DNA of 64,000 bases from Candidatus Bathyarchaeota archaeon. Its GTDB lineage: Archaea > Thermoproteota > Bathyarchaeia > Bathyarchaeales > Bathycorpusculaceae. Below are positions 9,599 to 20,489 of the stretch, piece after piece. The position numbers were made by a program, and so were the translations under genes. Each line of letters starts with the position of its first letter. Position 1 is the stretch's first letter. Below the pieces are notes generated by a model. That model ran no database searches, was not told the origin of the DNA, and worked only from the letters and a program-made list of their open reading frames with translations. The DNA lies in contig CAWEPZ010000008.1 of NCBI GenBank assembly GCA_963811105.1, positions 1 through 64,000 of the forward strand, read 5' to 3'.

Positions 9599-12100
9599 TT
9601 ATGGGTGTTTTCGCAGGATTAATACGCCGACTATTGCGATTGCAATTATTATGGCGATTCCGACAGCAACTATGTAGGTCATTAGGTCTGTTGTGGTTGC
9701 TAGGTTTAAAGGTGCAACTGTTGGTGTTGATGTTGTTTGTGGTGCTTGAACTACGCCTACTGCTGTTTCTGCCCATGAGCTGCCGTATGAGTCGTCGCCC
9801 ATGAATGTTGCTGTAACAGTGTATTTGCCTGCAATGCTTGGAGCCCACATGTAGCTAAACGTGCCGCTCACGTCGCTTGTGACATCTGCTATGTGCACGT
9901 AGTTGCTGTTAGGGTCAACAGCATCGATTGACACGGGAACACCTGTAACAGTAACGTTATTGGGTATCGGTTTTTGCATGTGCAAGTACTCCATCCATGT
10001 TGACATTGACGCTTTGGAAACGCATGCTTTGCCTTGCTGTGCCGGTGACTGATCTAAAACTGTGCCAGCGATGATTACGCTTTGCCCCTGAGTTACAGCT
10101 GTTTGAGGCGCTGAAACTGTAGTTGCACTTTGTCCTTTGCCAAATACGTACATGTAGCCGTCATATGAACTGGCAGTTGTTAGATAGCCGTCAGCCGCTG
10201 CACCCGCGATCATAGGGTATGTTATGTTCCACAGTCCTTCCCCAGTAGTGGCATTAATGCAGTAGAATTTCCATCCTCTTGTCTCTGGTCTTGTGGGTGT
10301 ATGCTCGGTGTTATGGATATAGAGCTTTCCATCAGCAACTATGCCGGGACCACGAAAAGAATAGATTTCTGAACCGTTAAGTGTGTATGGAGTTTCATAT
10401 GGAATAGCTGGGGTAACGTAGCTCCAGACCTCTTTGCCTGTATTCCAGTCATAGGCGTGGACTCCGTCATAGTGAAATGCGTACAGCAAGCCGTAAGCTG
10501 AGGCTGCATAGTATCCATAGAAGCTGCCCCATGGATAACTTGTCTGTGGAGTTTCCCATAGCTCTTTGCCGCTATTCAGATCATAGCATCTCCATCCTTT
10601 ATTCTCTATGGCATAGGCGTATTTTCCGTAGTCGGCAACTGCAGTGCCTGCGTTGAATGGTGTGTCTTGGGTTGTTATGTTCCATAACACTTGTCCTGTT
10701 TTCAAACTGAAGGCAACAAAGTTACCCCCTTCTACTTGTCCAAATATGAAGCGGTTCTGCTGAACAGCTATGCCTGCGTTGAAATCGAAAGCTAAGTCTA
10801 TGGTATTTAACTGCCATGTTATGTTGCTGACTATTCTTGAAGTGAAGTTGTCGCTGGTTCCGCTTGTAGTCCAGTTAATCAAACGGTAGCGCTGAGCACT
10901 TGCTGCTGCACCAAGATCCTGCAAGGTCAACACGAATGCATTGTTATGGAAGTACCTGTAGTCAGCGCCTGATATGCCTGTTACGTTGCTTATTACGGCT
11001 CCAGTAAATGGATTAATGGTTATCAACCTGTCGCCTATTGACATAAGATAGGTTAGGACGGTTGCGGCTTCTCCAGCACCTGGTACTGCGGTGTCGACTC
11101 CTTTGATATATGAAATTCTTTGGGGCGTGACGCCTCCTTGCGCGATAGGTATTTCGTAGTAGATTTCTCCGGTCCGTAGATCGTAACACTGGGCTACGCT
11201 TCCAACGCCTGGCTTTGTCTCTGTTTGGTAGCATCTTCCAGCGTAGATTACACTGGGAGTTACGGGACTGTTAGTCGTGCTGTATTGTCCTCCTTCGCCT
11301 CCTATGATACCTGATAAGGCTCCTAGTCGTCTCCAGATGATGTGGGCAGTGTTTGGTGCTGTAATGAAGGGACCATAATATCGTGGCGCGCGTCCTCGGC
11401 CAGCTCCGACTGCTCCGGGGTCATAGTACGCCCAAGGGAAGTTTCCTCCAATGATAGACCATTCTCTATTTTCAGGAGAAATTGGTCTGGTCCAGAAGTC
11501 GGTTGGAAGCGGAGAAAACCATGAAAGCACTGGGTCCTGCTGTACCGTGAGTGTTAGCTCTTTAGTTGAGGATGGTGCGTAGTACTGTGAGGTTAGGTAG
11601 TTTGTGCCTGACGTATTCGTGATTAAGTATCCGCCGAGGTAATGGCCTGCAGGAAAATACTCACCTGGGAATTCAAACTTGAGCTTCCATGTGCCAATTT
11701 GGTCGACTGTGTATTGAAACCAAGATGTTCCATCTGCGACATAAGAATCCAACGGGACGATGACGGTTGTGCCATCTGGCTTTGTGATTGTCACTTTGTA
11801 GCCTGCTAGAAATCGGTCAGCTGCTGGTGGGGGGGTAGTCCAAACGTTAACTAGGAGGGACTGGCTGATGCCTATGGGGTTAGGTGTGAAACTAAGATAG
11901 GGTACTGGGTTAAACGTGAAGTCAGCTGTAGTTCCAGCTGGTACTGTTGTTGGTCCTTTATAACCGCCAGGTACTCCACCATGTGGAGTCAAATCCTCGA
12001 TTTGAGCTTTGACTGGCAATGCCATAAGCGTAACAGAAGTTATCATTAGAATCATAACGACTATTGCAGATATTTTTGATTTGTTCAACGAAAATTTCAT
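9599..12100 (-). CDS. Secreted PQQ-binding-like beta-propeller surface protein with C-terminal TM anchor
   Basis: Signal peptide, LPTDFWTRPI, repeated W-containing propeller blades, ADGKLY, MEYLHMQKPI, C-terminal hydrophobic helix followed by RKHP. Confidence 0.85.
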   Translation of the reverse strand: MKFSLNKSKISAIVVMILMITSVTLMALPVKAQIEDLTPHGGVPGGYKGPTTVPAGTTADFTFNPVPYLSFTPNPIGISQSLLVNVWTTPPPAADRFLAGYKVTITKPDGTTVIVPLDSYVADGTSWFQYTVDQIGTWKLKFEFPGEYFPAGHYLGGYLITNTSGTNYLTSQYYAPSSTKELTLTVQQDPVLSWFSPLPTDFWTRPISPENREWSIIGGNFPWAYYDPGAVGAGRGRAPRYYGPFITAPNTAHIIWRRLGALSGIIGGEGGQYSTTNSPVTPSVIYAGRCYQTETKPGVGSVAQCYDLRTGEIYYEIPIAQGGVTPQRISYIKGVDTAVPGAGEAATVLTYLMSIGDRLITINPFTGAVISNVTGISGADYRYFHNNAFVLTLQDLGAAASAQRYRLINWTTSGTSDNFTSRIVSNITWQLNTIDLAFDFNAGIAVQQNRFIFGQVEGGNFVAFSLKTGQVLWNITTQDTPFNAGTAVADYGKYAYAIENKGWRCYDLNSGKELWETPQTSYPWGSFYGYYAASAYGLLYAFHYDGVHAYDWNTGKEVWSYVTPAIPYETPYTLNGSEIYSFRGPGIVADGKLYIHNTEHTPTRPETRGWKFYCINATTGEGLWNITYPMIAGAAADGYLTTASSYDGYMYVFGKGQSATTVSAPQTAVTQGQSVIIAGTVLDQSPAQQGKACVSKASMSTWMEYLHMQKPIPNNVTVTGVPVSIDAVDPNSNYVHIADVTSDVSGTFSYMWAPSIAGKYTVTATFMGDDSYGSSWAETAVGVVQAPQTTSTPTVAPLNLATTTDLMTYIVAVGIAIIIAIAIVGVLILRKHP

Positions 12101-12183
12101 TTTTTCACCAAAATTTTAATTCCTTAATTTTTTTAGGAACGGTACCTTCTATGCAATGTCTTCTCATATAAGACTTTGCAAAA

Positions 12184-12638
12184 TTGGATATTGTCTTGAT
12201 ACTAAGACCAAACAGATACTTGATATTGAGTATCTAAAGAAGACGTTGTTGATGGACGCATGTTTGGCAGGTTGGTTAAGAGTTCAAGTGGCGTTGCTAA
12301 TGTAGTGAAAGTGATTGGTGATGGCGCTTATGAATTCTAAGTTAACTTTAGTTTGGTAAGCGAGTTGGATATTGACTTTTGATTAGGGTGCACAAGAACG
12401 CTTCGTTTAAGCGTGGGGGTTGCATGCCGCGTAAGTTTGCTGTGTAAAGCAGTTTTGCAATGATGGATGGAGCCGTGAGAAGGGTTATGGGTATCGTTGG
12501 ATGGTTGAGTCAGTGTTTTCTTCTTTAAAGCGGAAGTTTGGAGAGTTTATATGTGCGGTGAAGTGGCAACACATAGTTAAGGAACTGCTGATAAAGTTTT
12601 TAATTTATAACCTGTTTATGAAAATGAACCTGAATTAG
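12184..12638 (+). mobile_element. IS5-family transposase remnant (C-terminal half, frameshifted)
   Basis: Frames give DTKTKQIL..., VVKVIGDGAY and GYGYRWMVESVFSSLKRKFGE...KELLIKFLIYNLF, the DDE and YxxRWxxE signatures. Confidence 0.8.
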
Positions 12639-12907
12639 GCTTTTAATCTAAGTGAAGAGAAATGGTTCAAAATACAAAATTAGCGAAAAATGGGTAACAA
12701 TGCATTTATGATTTTTATTAAATATCGGGGAAATCGGTGTTTTCTCTCTATGAACCTTAGACCTTGGTGTTGTTTTTTGGGTGTTGTTAGTCGGTAGAAT
12801 CTTTTTTATGGCTAAGCTTTGCTACTGGTCTCTTACTACATGTGAGATGTTATTTGTGTCCAAGCAAGCAAAATAAGTTCTCAAAGCCTTAGAAAATGTT
12901 TCACCCG

Positions 12908-13075
12908 GAGAGCTTTGAAACTGCTGTTTCTACTACCATCGATGAAGACCGTGAGCTGATGAGTAGCGGTTTCACTTTTGTGACTGAAAGGAGCGGAATG
13001 AAACTTTGGCAGCGTCCTAAACGATTTGGGATTTGCAATAATAAACGCAAAAGTCCAATAAGAAACGCTTATTAA
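12908..13075 (+). pseudogene. Tyrosine integrase C-terminal tail remnant
   Basis: ESFETAVSTTIDEDRELMSSGFTFVTERSGMKLWQRPKR resembles the (F/Y)xVxxA.T.EE...L.E.GF.YVT...G.KLFRK integrase tail, also seen at 46008-46196. Confidence 0.65.
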
Positions 13076-13110
13076 ATGACGCGGATTAAACTTTAGAAGC
13101 CGTATGATTT

Positions 13111-13188
13111 GGGCGAGTAGATCAGTCTGGCATGATCGCCACGTTGGCATCGTGGAGGTCCCGGGTTCAAATCCCGGCTCGTCCACCA
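13111..13188 (+). tRNA. tRNA-Ala(GGC), CCA encoded, no intron
   Basis: Acceptor GGGCGAG/CTCGTCC with G3:U70, D-stem GATC/GATC, anticodon arm CCACG-TTGGCAT-CGTGG, T-arm CCGGG-TTCAAAT-CCCGG, 3' ACCA. Confidence 0.97.
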
Positions 13189-13218
13189 AAATCGAACTTC
13201 CACATTTTTGATATTATC

Positions 13219-13370
13219 CGCAACCGCCTAGCTGAAGATTGCAAGAAACAAAGCTTAAGCTGTACCGCTTTTGCGATTTAAAACACATTTTGCCGCTATG
13301 CCTTGTCAACGAATAAAGATATTTCTTTCGTCAAACAACAAGATGGAACCATAAACAGATGAATAACGAT
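13219..13370 (+). pseudogene. Degraded tyrosine integrase catalytic-region remnant
   Basis: With indels reads RNRLAE.LQETKLKLYRFCDLKH.FAAM...KDISFVKQQ.(G)HKQMNN, a decayed 'DLRHFFATM..KDI.FVKQQMGHK' motif. Confidence 0.55.
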
Positions 13371-13776
13371 ATTCAATATGATGGCTGATTGGGGACGTTA
13401 TAATCATATTTATGAAACTGACTCATCGCTGATAAAAACTCCGGTGTTTATTGAGCAAGTTTTGAATTTATTTGTGGTTTAGAAGTCGCAAAACTGTTCC
13501 GTAAATCTAAGTTTCATAGATTCATTAATCCTTGTTTTCTAACAAAGCTTTTATGCATCATAAGTTGAATATCGAACGGTTAGGGGTTCACTCCATTCAT
13601 TCCTCAAGCTCTTGAAAAACAAATTAAGAAACCCTTAACCATGGCTCGTCTATATTAGATGAGCCATCACCCTTCTATTATTGCTTTTTTGATTGGTTGA
13701 CAGTAATAGAGTGCTTGACTTTGGCATAAGTCTTAAGTTGTTCAAAACCGTTGAGGCTTGAGGAATAAGAAAAGAA

Positions 13777-14082
13777 ATGGACTCTATTGCAATAGCTAAT
13801 TTAGCTTTAGATTTAGCCAGCATAATTAATTTCACAGCCTTACTCCTGATGCTCAGGGCAGTTATCAAAAACAGAAAAGTCCTTCGAGGCTACAGCATTA
13901 TAGGCTCCTTCTTAACATTCGTGTCTATAGTTGGTTTTGAAGTAGCATACTATTTGCTTGGCAATATTGTTGGTTTTGCACTTGGATGGGCAACAGTTGC
14001 TTTTTGGTTCATAGCTTTTCTCTATAGCTTAAGGCAAAGATTGAAAGGTTCGGAAAAAGAGAAGGTAATGGTTGAGCCTTAA
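13777..14082 (+). CDS. Small membrane protein (about 3 TM)
   Basis: 101-aa ORF with three hydrophobic segments; overlaps the stop of the convergent kinase. Confidence 0.65.
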   Translation: MDSIAIANLALDLASIINFTALLLMLRAVIKNRKVLRGYSIIGSFLTFVSIVGFEVAYYLLGNIVGFALGWATVAFWFIAFLYSLRQRLKGSEKEKVMVEP

Positions 14083-15776
14083 ATGGCTGGAAACTGGATT
14101 GTGAACTTAGCTCCTTTACCCTCTTGACTTTCAAAACTTATGGCCCCGCCGTGTGCCTCTATTACTCGTTTGCAAACAGCTAAGCCGAAGCCTTGCCCCC
14201 GTGGTTTTGTGGTGAACAGGGGGGTGAATATTTGTGGTTTAATTTTTTCGGGAATTCCCACTCCGTTATCCTCCACTGTAACAGATATTTGCCCTTGAGG
14301 ATGGACCTTGGAAGTTAAGGTCAGTTTTCCACCATCAGGCATAGCTTGAACTGCGTTAGTTACGAGGTTGATTAGAACTCGCTTCATGAGCAGTGAGTCA
14401 GTATTTATTTCCGGAAAATTATCTTCAATATACGTTTGTATTGCAACGTTAATTGGAATAGTTGCCGACGATAAAACAGAGCCAACCAGTTCTTTTAGGT
14501 TAGTTAGTTTTTTATTTAGTTTGATAGGTTGCACAAACGCTTGCAAGTCGGAAACAATCTTGTCCATATAGATTGCCTGCTCCTCTATTACATGGATGCT
14601 TTCTTGTAAATTGATTTTAGCTTCATTTTCAGGAAGCGAATTAATGTCAAAATTGGCTAAATATAATTCGCCCAGCATTGTTTGCAGTGGATTGCGAAGG
14701 TCATGTCCCACCATGCCTGCAGTTTGACCAATAGCTGCCAAACGTTCTGAATCTTTAAGCCGCTTTGTTCGTTCAGTGATAAGTTTCTCTAGAACTCCCG
14801 CATATTGTTCCAGTTTCTTTTGAAGCACCTTTTGATCTGAGATATCTCGGACTATTGACCATATTCCTACTGCTTTCCCTCTTTCATCAGTCAACCGCCA
14901 TGTTCTAACTGAGGCTGGAAAAATTGAGCCGTCTTTTCTTTTGTATTCTCTCTCAAAAACAAATGAGTGCCCAGTTTGCAGTACTTTGTTGACTACCTCC
15001 TCCCGTTGATCATGCCATTTTTCAGGTAGTAGCTGCTGTACACTCATTTTTCTTAGTTCTTTTTTTGTGTAACCAAGCATTTTTGCATAAGCTCGGTTGC
15101 AATCAATCATTCGACCCGTTATGTTTCGCGCCATGATTCCATCCTGAGTTGTCTCGTACAACCCGCGGTAACGTTTTTCCGATAAGGCATGTTGCCTTTC
15201 TGCCTTTTTGCGTTCTGTTAAATCCATAAATGCTGAAATAACATAGCCTTTCTTGGGACTGTAAACATGAACTTGATACCACTTATCCTGAACCTGAAAG
15301 TAAATCTCAGATTGCTCAGTTTTGCCCGACGTTGCTACTCTACTAAAAATGCCCAGATAGTTTACAAAAATCTTTCTTATTTTAGGAGCGAATTTGGTAG
15401 CTTGCTTGAGAAGTATCTGTTCTCTCTTAACTCCAAATATGTCTTCAAATGATTGGTTTGCCTCAAGAACAATAAAATCAATTGGATTACCTTTTTCATC
15501 ATAGAGTATTTTGCTAAGGGCAATACCTCCATGTAGTAGATTAGAGAAAATATTTTGGAAATGCTTATTGTCTATTACGAAATCTTCAAGCAAATTGTCG
15601 TTTTGCAGCCTGTTTTCATCGCCATTTTGGTGATGAGAAGAGTTTTCTGAAGAACTTATCAAGGGAGATATCTGTTTATCTGTCTTCGATTGAGCAAAAT
15701 CGATAGACTCTTCTATCGTATTTACTCCCCTGCTCACTATTATGTTGAAGAGCATAAAAAATTTTCGGCATATCAC
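14079..15776 (-). CDS. PAS-PAS sensor histidine kinase
   Basis: Two PAS/PAC domains, H-box GMVGHDLRNPL, N-box NLVTNAVQA, G1 DNGVGI, G2 GQGFGL. True start may be slightly downstream. Confidence 0.92.
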   Translation of the reverse strand: MICRKFFMLFNIIVSRGVNTIEESIDFAQSKTDKQISPLISSSENSSHHQNGDENRLQNDNLLEDFVIDNKHFQNIFSNLLHGGIALSKILYDEKGNPIDFIVLEANQSFEDIFGVKREQILLKQATKFAPKIRKIFVNYLGIFSRVATSGKTEQSEIYFQVQDKWYQVHVYSPKKGYVISAFMDLTERKKAERQHALSEKRYRGLYETTQDGIMARNITGRMIDCNRAYAKMLGYTKKELRKMSVQQLLPEKWHDQREEVVNKVLQTGHSFVFEREYKRKDGSIFPASVRTWRLTDERGKAVGIWSIVRDISDQKVLQKKLEQYAGVLEKLITERTKRLKDSERLAAIGQTAGMVGHDLRNPLQTMLGELYLANFDINSLPENEAKINLQESIHVIEEQAIYMDKIVSDLQAFVQPIKLNKKLTNLKELVGSVLSSATIPINVAIQTYIEDNFPEINTDSLLMKRVLINLVTNAVQAMPDGGKLTLTSKVHPQGQISVTVEDNGVGIPEKIKPQIFTPLFTTKPRGQGFGLAVCKRVIEAHGGAISFESQEGKGAKFTIQFPAI

Positions 15777-15864
15777 GATTGAATAGTCAGCTTTGCCATT
15801 ATTTAGAGGAATTTTATGTGGCTATGAATAGATTCAGGCAGTTTTTTAAAAAAAATAAAAAAAA

Positions 15865-16638
15865 TTAAGCTTTAACTGCAGGATTTCCTGCAATCATATG
15901 CTTCTTTTTGAGTGCAATCAAGATAAGCGTTGTTGCTCCGATGAATATAGGCAGCGCAATAATTGGTGGGAACTCGGGAGTGGGTACTGTTTGTGGATCC
16001 CATGGTGAAGATTTTAGAATCATCGTTACTTGGGTTGTGCCTGTATATCCGCTGACTGTGCCGCTATCTATAGTTGATTCAGTTTCTTGTACTAATATGC
16101 CAGTTGCTTGATCAAAGTAGCGATCGGAACTTGAGGTAAGACCACTTGTTGCGTTAGTTACGCTTATGCTAATTTGATTTGTCGGTCTGTTGTTGTTGCT
16201 GGGTAAGGCTATTGTGTTGTTGATGTAGATACCGTCTGATCCAAATGGATGAATAATTTGGCCCGCAACTAAGTTGCCGCCTATAATCGCGGGGAAACCA
16301 GCATCAGTTACTTCTCCTGTTTGGATATTTACTGTTCCTCTTCCGGCGTTGGGGTTTTCATTAAGATAGTAGGTTGCGCTGAAAGTTCTAACGTATGTAT
16401 CATTGACATCGGACATTATGACTTCCATTGATATTGTTTGATTAACAGTTTGCAAGTCTGTTGGAATTGAATCATAAGGATTGCTCGATTGCCAATTACT
16501 ATACGTAGTATACCAGAATATATCACCAATTTTAACGCCAGGAATGACAGGGGTTTGAGCTGTTACTGTTTCTGCAAGGGTGACTGTAAATGCTGCAAAG
16601 CACAGAAGCAAAGTTAAGACAATTAATCCTTTCTTCAT
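15865..16638 (-). CDS. Secreted protein with PEF-type C-terminal sorting signal
   Basis: Signal peptide; C-terminal VPTPEFP, TM helix and KKKH. Confidence 0.75.
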   Translation of the reverse strand: MKKGLIVLTLLLCFAAFTVTLAETVTAQTPVIPGVKIGDIFWYTTYSNWQSSNPYDSIPTDLQTVNQTISMEVIMSDVNDTYVRTFSATYYLNENPNAGRGTVNIQTGEVTDAGFPAIIGGNLVAGQIIHPFGSDGIYINNTIALPSNNNRPTNQISISVTNATSGLTSSSDRYFDQATGILVQETESTIDSGTVSGYTGTTQVTMILKSSPWDPQTVPTPEFPPIIALPIFIGATTLILIALKKKHMIAGNPAVKA

Positions 16639-16793
16639 AGATTTATCACTTTGCTTAACTTCACTTTCATCAGGGTTTTTATGCTTTTTCCCAAAACACC
16701 TCTAAAAAACTATCAGAAGCGGAGAGCAGGAAGTGTATTTTAGTTATTTTGGGCTTTTAACTTATTTGGATGAAATAAACTTTATTTCTTTGC

Positions 16794-17630
16794 TTAATAG
16801 TCAATCCTAATTGTATAATAAAAAGTCTGACTATTAGGAGCTAAAGAATAGCTCAATCCCGCCCACGAAAAACGGTTTCTTGTCTTCTCCCAACCTCTAA
16901 ACAATGTTGCCCCAATCATTTTTTGGAGGCTAAATGCCACTTGCCCCTTTCCGCTCAGCATGAATGCTTGCCGCGCGGTTACGGCACCCCAACCACCAAT
17001 TTTGTTTCCAACCAATTTTAAACCACTCGTGTCAGAATATTTGTCGAAAGAGGTTGAGCCTTGTTCGTTTAAGACCAAGAGCTCCTCACAACCGTTCATC
17101 ATTACATTCGTGAAGTCAACGCTGATGTTTATGACATCTGGTTGGATTTCATAATTTACTGCTATCAACCCTCGAGGATTCACTTTCATGAATTCAGTTC
17201 TAATTTTCGCCAACTCTCTCAATTCCATGACTCTATTAAGAAGGGGTGAAAGCTCTTTGCGACTCAGATAAAACTTTGCGAATCTTTTTCGCAAAGACGA
17301 GTAAAGTTCATCATCTATATATTCACCCTGCCAAACTTTTTTTGAGATGACATCTAAAAGATAAACTTTCTTTATCAAAAAATTTGATTTATTTTTTTTA
17401 ATTAATATTTCTGCGGTGCTTGAAAAGTAAGTTTTGTCCGAGTATTTTGCGACTGGCACACCAAAACCAAGCCCTTCTTCGATCAACTCATGGCCGTCCA
17501 GCATTAATACAAGCCCTTTTTGAAGGGCTGATGTTTCCATGCAATGAGGACGACAATCTGCGTATAGCCTCACCGATAGCCGTGGAGTAAGCTTCACGGT
17601 AATTAGTTTTGAAAGATTAACCGAATGCAA
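16794..17630 (-). CDS. Hypothetical protein
   Basis: 278-aa ORF with conserved-looking LQKGLVL, EEGLGFGVP, NEQGS and FRGWE...WAGL motifs; start uncertain. Confidence 0.65.
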   Translation of the reverse strand: MHSVNLSKLITVKLTPRLSVRLYADCRPHCMETSALQKGLVLMLDGHELIEEGLGFGVPVAKYSDKTYFSSTAEILIKKNKSNFLIKKVYLLDVISKKVWQGEYIDDELYSSLRKRFAKFYLSRKELSPLLNRVMELRELAKIRTEFMKVNPRGLIAVNYEIQPDVINISVDFTNVMMNGCEELLVLNEQGSTSFDKYSDTSGLKLVGNKIGGWGAVTARQAFMLSGKGQVAFSLQKMIGATLFRGWEKTRNRFSWAGLSYSLAPNSQTFYYTIRIDY

Positions 17631-18049
17631 CTTAATGAAGTTACAAGAGAGTTCAAGTTCACACCTTTCACTTTATTTTTCAAGTTCAAAAACTTGGTTT
17701 AAGATTGCTTCAGTTATTTCGCCTAAGGTTTAATATATATGATTACCTTAATTAATTTGATAAAACCTGTGATAGTTTAGTTGTTACTAAATTTAGTTTT
17801 AAACTATTAGTAACTGACGGAGTTAAAGACTTTGCTTTGGTTTAATAATCTTCGCGTGATTTGGGTGATGCCTTCTCTTTTGTTCCTCAGATTTACTTTT
17901 AGTTTTTAGTAAACCGGTCGAAATTGAGTATGCCCAAAAAAAGGGCCATATGCGACTATCTCGCCCGAGGAACTATTCCAGAAAGCATTTCCAGAAAAAG
18001 TTGATAAGAAATGAAAATCATATATTTACATTAGGAGAAAAATAGTGAA

Positions 18050-19225
18050 TTGATATTTTTCGATTTCATATGGCTCATATGGCTCTTCGGTATCCCAATA
18101 TATTACACATTGGCATATGAGATAATAAGATACAGAAAAGTAATCGTCAAGAAAACATTTGTTCCTATTAATCCAAAAAGAATCATATTTCAGATAACTA
18201 CGATAGGCAATATGGAAATTGTGCAAGAGTCAATTGACAACATTAATCGAATATGTAAAGACGTTGGATATAACAATTACAATATAGATGTAGTTTCGGA
18301 AGTGAATGAAAGATTTGATGGTGCTATTACGATCACAGTTCCTCAAAATTATTCAACATTCAATCATGCCAAATACAAAACTAGAGCATTACAATATGCA
18401 GTAGAACAAAGAGAGAAAAAAGCAGAAAACACAAATGACATATGGATATACCATCTTGACGATGAATCAATGATTACTGAGCAAGGGCTCTTGTCAATTC
18501 TTGATCATGCAGATAATAATCGAGAGCCAATTGCAGAAGGATTAATTACATACCCAAATAAAATAAATGTCGGCAGTAAACTTGTCAAATATTTGGATGC
18601 TGTAAGACCAACATTTTGTTATTCTTGCTGTGCAATGTTAAAATCACAAGGAAAACCTGACTGGTTACATGGCTCAAATCTGCTTTTAAGGGCAGACATA
18701 GAAAAAGATATTGGTTGGGATTTCCCCGACACGTGTGCAGAAGACAGCTTGTTTGGATATGTGGCATATAAGAAATATGGCGGGATCTTTGGCTGGCACG
18801 GAGGGGTTCTCGAAGAGCAATCACCTTTTACATTTTCCGACTTCATTAAGCAAAGACAGAGATGGATAAAGGGGACATTTGAAAATTTGGGTAGAATGAG
18901 AATATGGGAAAAAGTAAAAACAACATATAGAATGACAAGTTGGTTTTTTGGTTCGTTGAGTTTTTTCACATTGATACCTTCATTACTCATAAAACAATCA
19001 TATCCTCTGTTCCTCACTCCTTTCTTTGTTTTAGACACAGTCATCCTTTTTGCAGTTTACCAAATAGGATTAGAAATGAACTTCAGTAAAGTGAGCAAGA
19101 AGCAAAAGTTTTATGATCACATCAAAATTTTTGTGATGTCTCCCATACTTTGGTTCCTAGAAGCAATTCCGATGTTTTTGTATTTCTTTAAGAGAGCAAC
19201 AAAGTTTTATGTTGTTAAGAAATAG
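18050..19225 (+). CDS. GT2 processive-type glycosyltransferase (Egghead/Bre-3-like)
   Basis: KYKTRALQYA, HLDDES, LHGSNLL, AEDSLFG, QRQRW (D,D,D,QxxRW) and C-terminal TMs. Confidence 0.85.
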   Translation: MIFFDFIWLIWLFGIPIYYTLAYEIIRYRKVIVKKTFVPINPKRIIFQITTIGNMEIVQESIDNINRICKDVGYNNYNIDVVSEVNERFDGAITITVPQNYSTFNHAKYKTRALQYAVEQREKKAENTNDIWIYHLDDESMITEQGLLSILDHADNNREPIAEGLITYPNKINVGSKLVKYLDAVRPTFCYSCCAMLKSQGKPDWLHGSNLLLRADIEKDIGWDFPDTCAEDSLFGYVAYKKYGGIFGWHGGVLEEQSPFTFSDFIKQRQRWIKGTFENLGRMRIWEKVKTTYRMTSWFFGSLSFFTLIPSLLIKQSYPLFLTPFFVLDTVILFAVYQIGLEMNFSKVSKKQKFYDHIKIFVMSPILWFLEAIPMFLYFFKRATKFYVVKK

Positions 19226-19409
19226 ACAGGAAACGAAATAATGAGTGTATAAAGATCCTGGTAAATTAAAACTATCGACAGGTTTGTTACGCAGTTTTTA
19301 TCAACTTGGTTCTCCAAGTATTGCAGACTGTAGTTATGTTGTACATATCGTTTGGACATTAGTCAATAGCATGCATTTTTAATACGCGATATTCAATAAA
19401 GACTTAGTT

Positions 19410-20489
19410 ATGAATAGACAAGCAAGCAAAAAAAAGAACATTTCGTTAGCGTTCGCAATTACACTAATTTCATTGATAACAACAACTTCCATTCTGACGA
19501 GCTGTTTCTTACAATCAAGTTTCAGGTCAAACATTGGTACAATTATTAATCAAGTGCCAAAACAATCTTCCATTTCAATAACCGTGATAGGCATTAATGA
19601 AACAAATAGTTTGAATGTGACTAATCTGAGCTATAACTCCTCTTCTGCACAACTCAATACCGATCCTATTTCGTTAGACATATCAAAATTCTCCACATAT
19701 ACCCACGATGGTTATTCTGTCCAGCCGCCAGATATGACCCAATTCTATTTTTCATTTCCCGATAACACCAATCAGGATCAAGCAACCGGAATAGACGCTA
19801 CCCTTCCAATAAACGCAACAGGCACCAATGAAACAAATAGTTTGGATGAGACTAATTCTTACAATAACAACTCTTCCGCGTTATCCACTGCTGAACCCAT
19901 TTCGTTAGACACATCAAAATTCACCACATATACCTACGATGGTTATTCTGTCCAGCAGCCAGATATGACCCAATTCTATTTTTCATTTCCCGATAACACC
20001 AATCAGAGTCAAATAGCTGGATCAGATGCTGTTACCTTGAATGCTTACGCAATCCAAAAGATAGACTTTGACTCAGCGTTCATCGCACCCAAAATTGAAG
20101 CTCTTGGATTTGATGAAATGGCAATTTTCGCGACATCAAATACGAAAACGTATAAGGGAACAGAATTTGGCATAAGAATGGACTTAAAGAGTGGATTTAT
20201 CTGCAGCTATGTCCAAGAACCAAATTGCAACTCTGAAGACGTTTATTTTCAGATGCAGGAACTCACGATTAACGATGGAATAATGCATCATTATACCTTA
20301 ATAATGTTAGGGACAAAAGTCTCATTTTGCATTGACGGAACAGACTATGGTTATTTGAATTTTCCCAGCAACACAGATTATTCTATTCTTAGCTTTTCAA
20401 TCTGTGCAATTGTTCACAGATTTACTGATTACTGGGATTCCAGCGACTATAAGATGATAGCAGGAAACTTCTCGCTTAATCAACAATAA
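19410..20489 (+). CDS. Membrane-anchored/secreted protein with internal 77-aa duplication and a possible lectin/ConA-like C-domain
   Basis: N-terminal TM; repeated PISLD.SKF.TYT.DGYSVQ.PDMTQFYFSFPDNTNQ; C-terminal DG.MHHYT...V.F.IDG. Confidence 0.7.
   Translation: MNRQASKKKNISLAFAITLISLITTTSILTSCFLQSSFRSNIGTIINQVPKQSSISITVIGINETNSLNVTNLSYNSSSAQLNTDPISLDISKFSTYTHDGYSVQPPDMTQFYFSFPDNTNQDQATGIDATLPINATGTNETNSLDETNSYNNNSSALSTAEPISLDTSKFTTYTYDGYSVQQPDMTQFYFSFPDNTNQSQIAGSDAVTLNAYAIQKIDFDSAFIAPKIEALGFDEMAIFATSNTKTYKGTEFGIRMDLKSGFICSYVQEPNCNSEDVYFQMQELTINDGIMHHYTLIMLGTKVSFCIDGTDYGYLNFPSNTDYSILSFSICAIVHRFTDYWDSSDYKMIAGNFSLNQQ
19596..20006 (+). repeat. Intragenic direct repeat, 231-bp period (about 19596-19775 and 19827-20006)
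   Basis: Near-identical stretch gatggttattctgtccagc(c/a)gccagatatgacccaattctatttttcatttcccgataacaccaatcag in both copies. Confidence 0.9.

Noticed and set aside
12881-13189. 102-aa minus-strand ORF (MVDEPGFEPGTS...)
   Set aside because: It is the antisense translation of tRNA-Ala and the integrase remnant.
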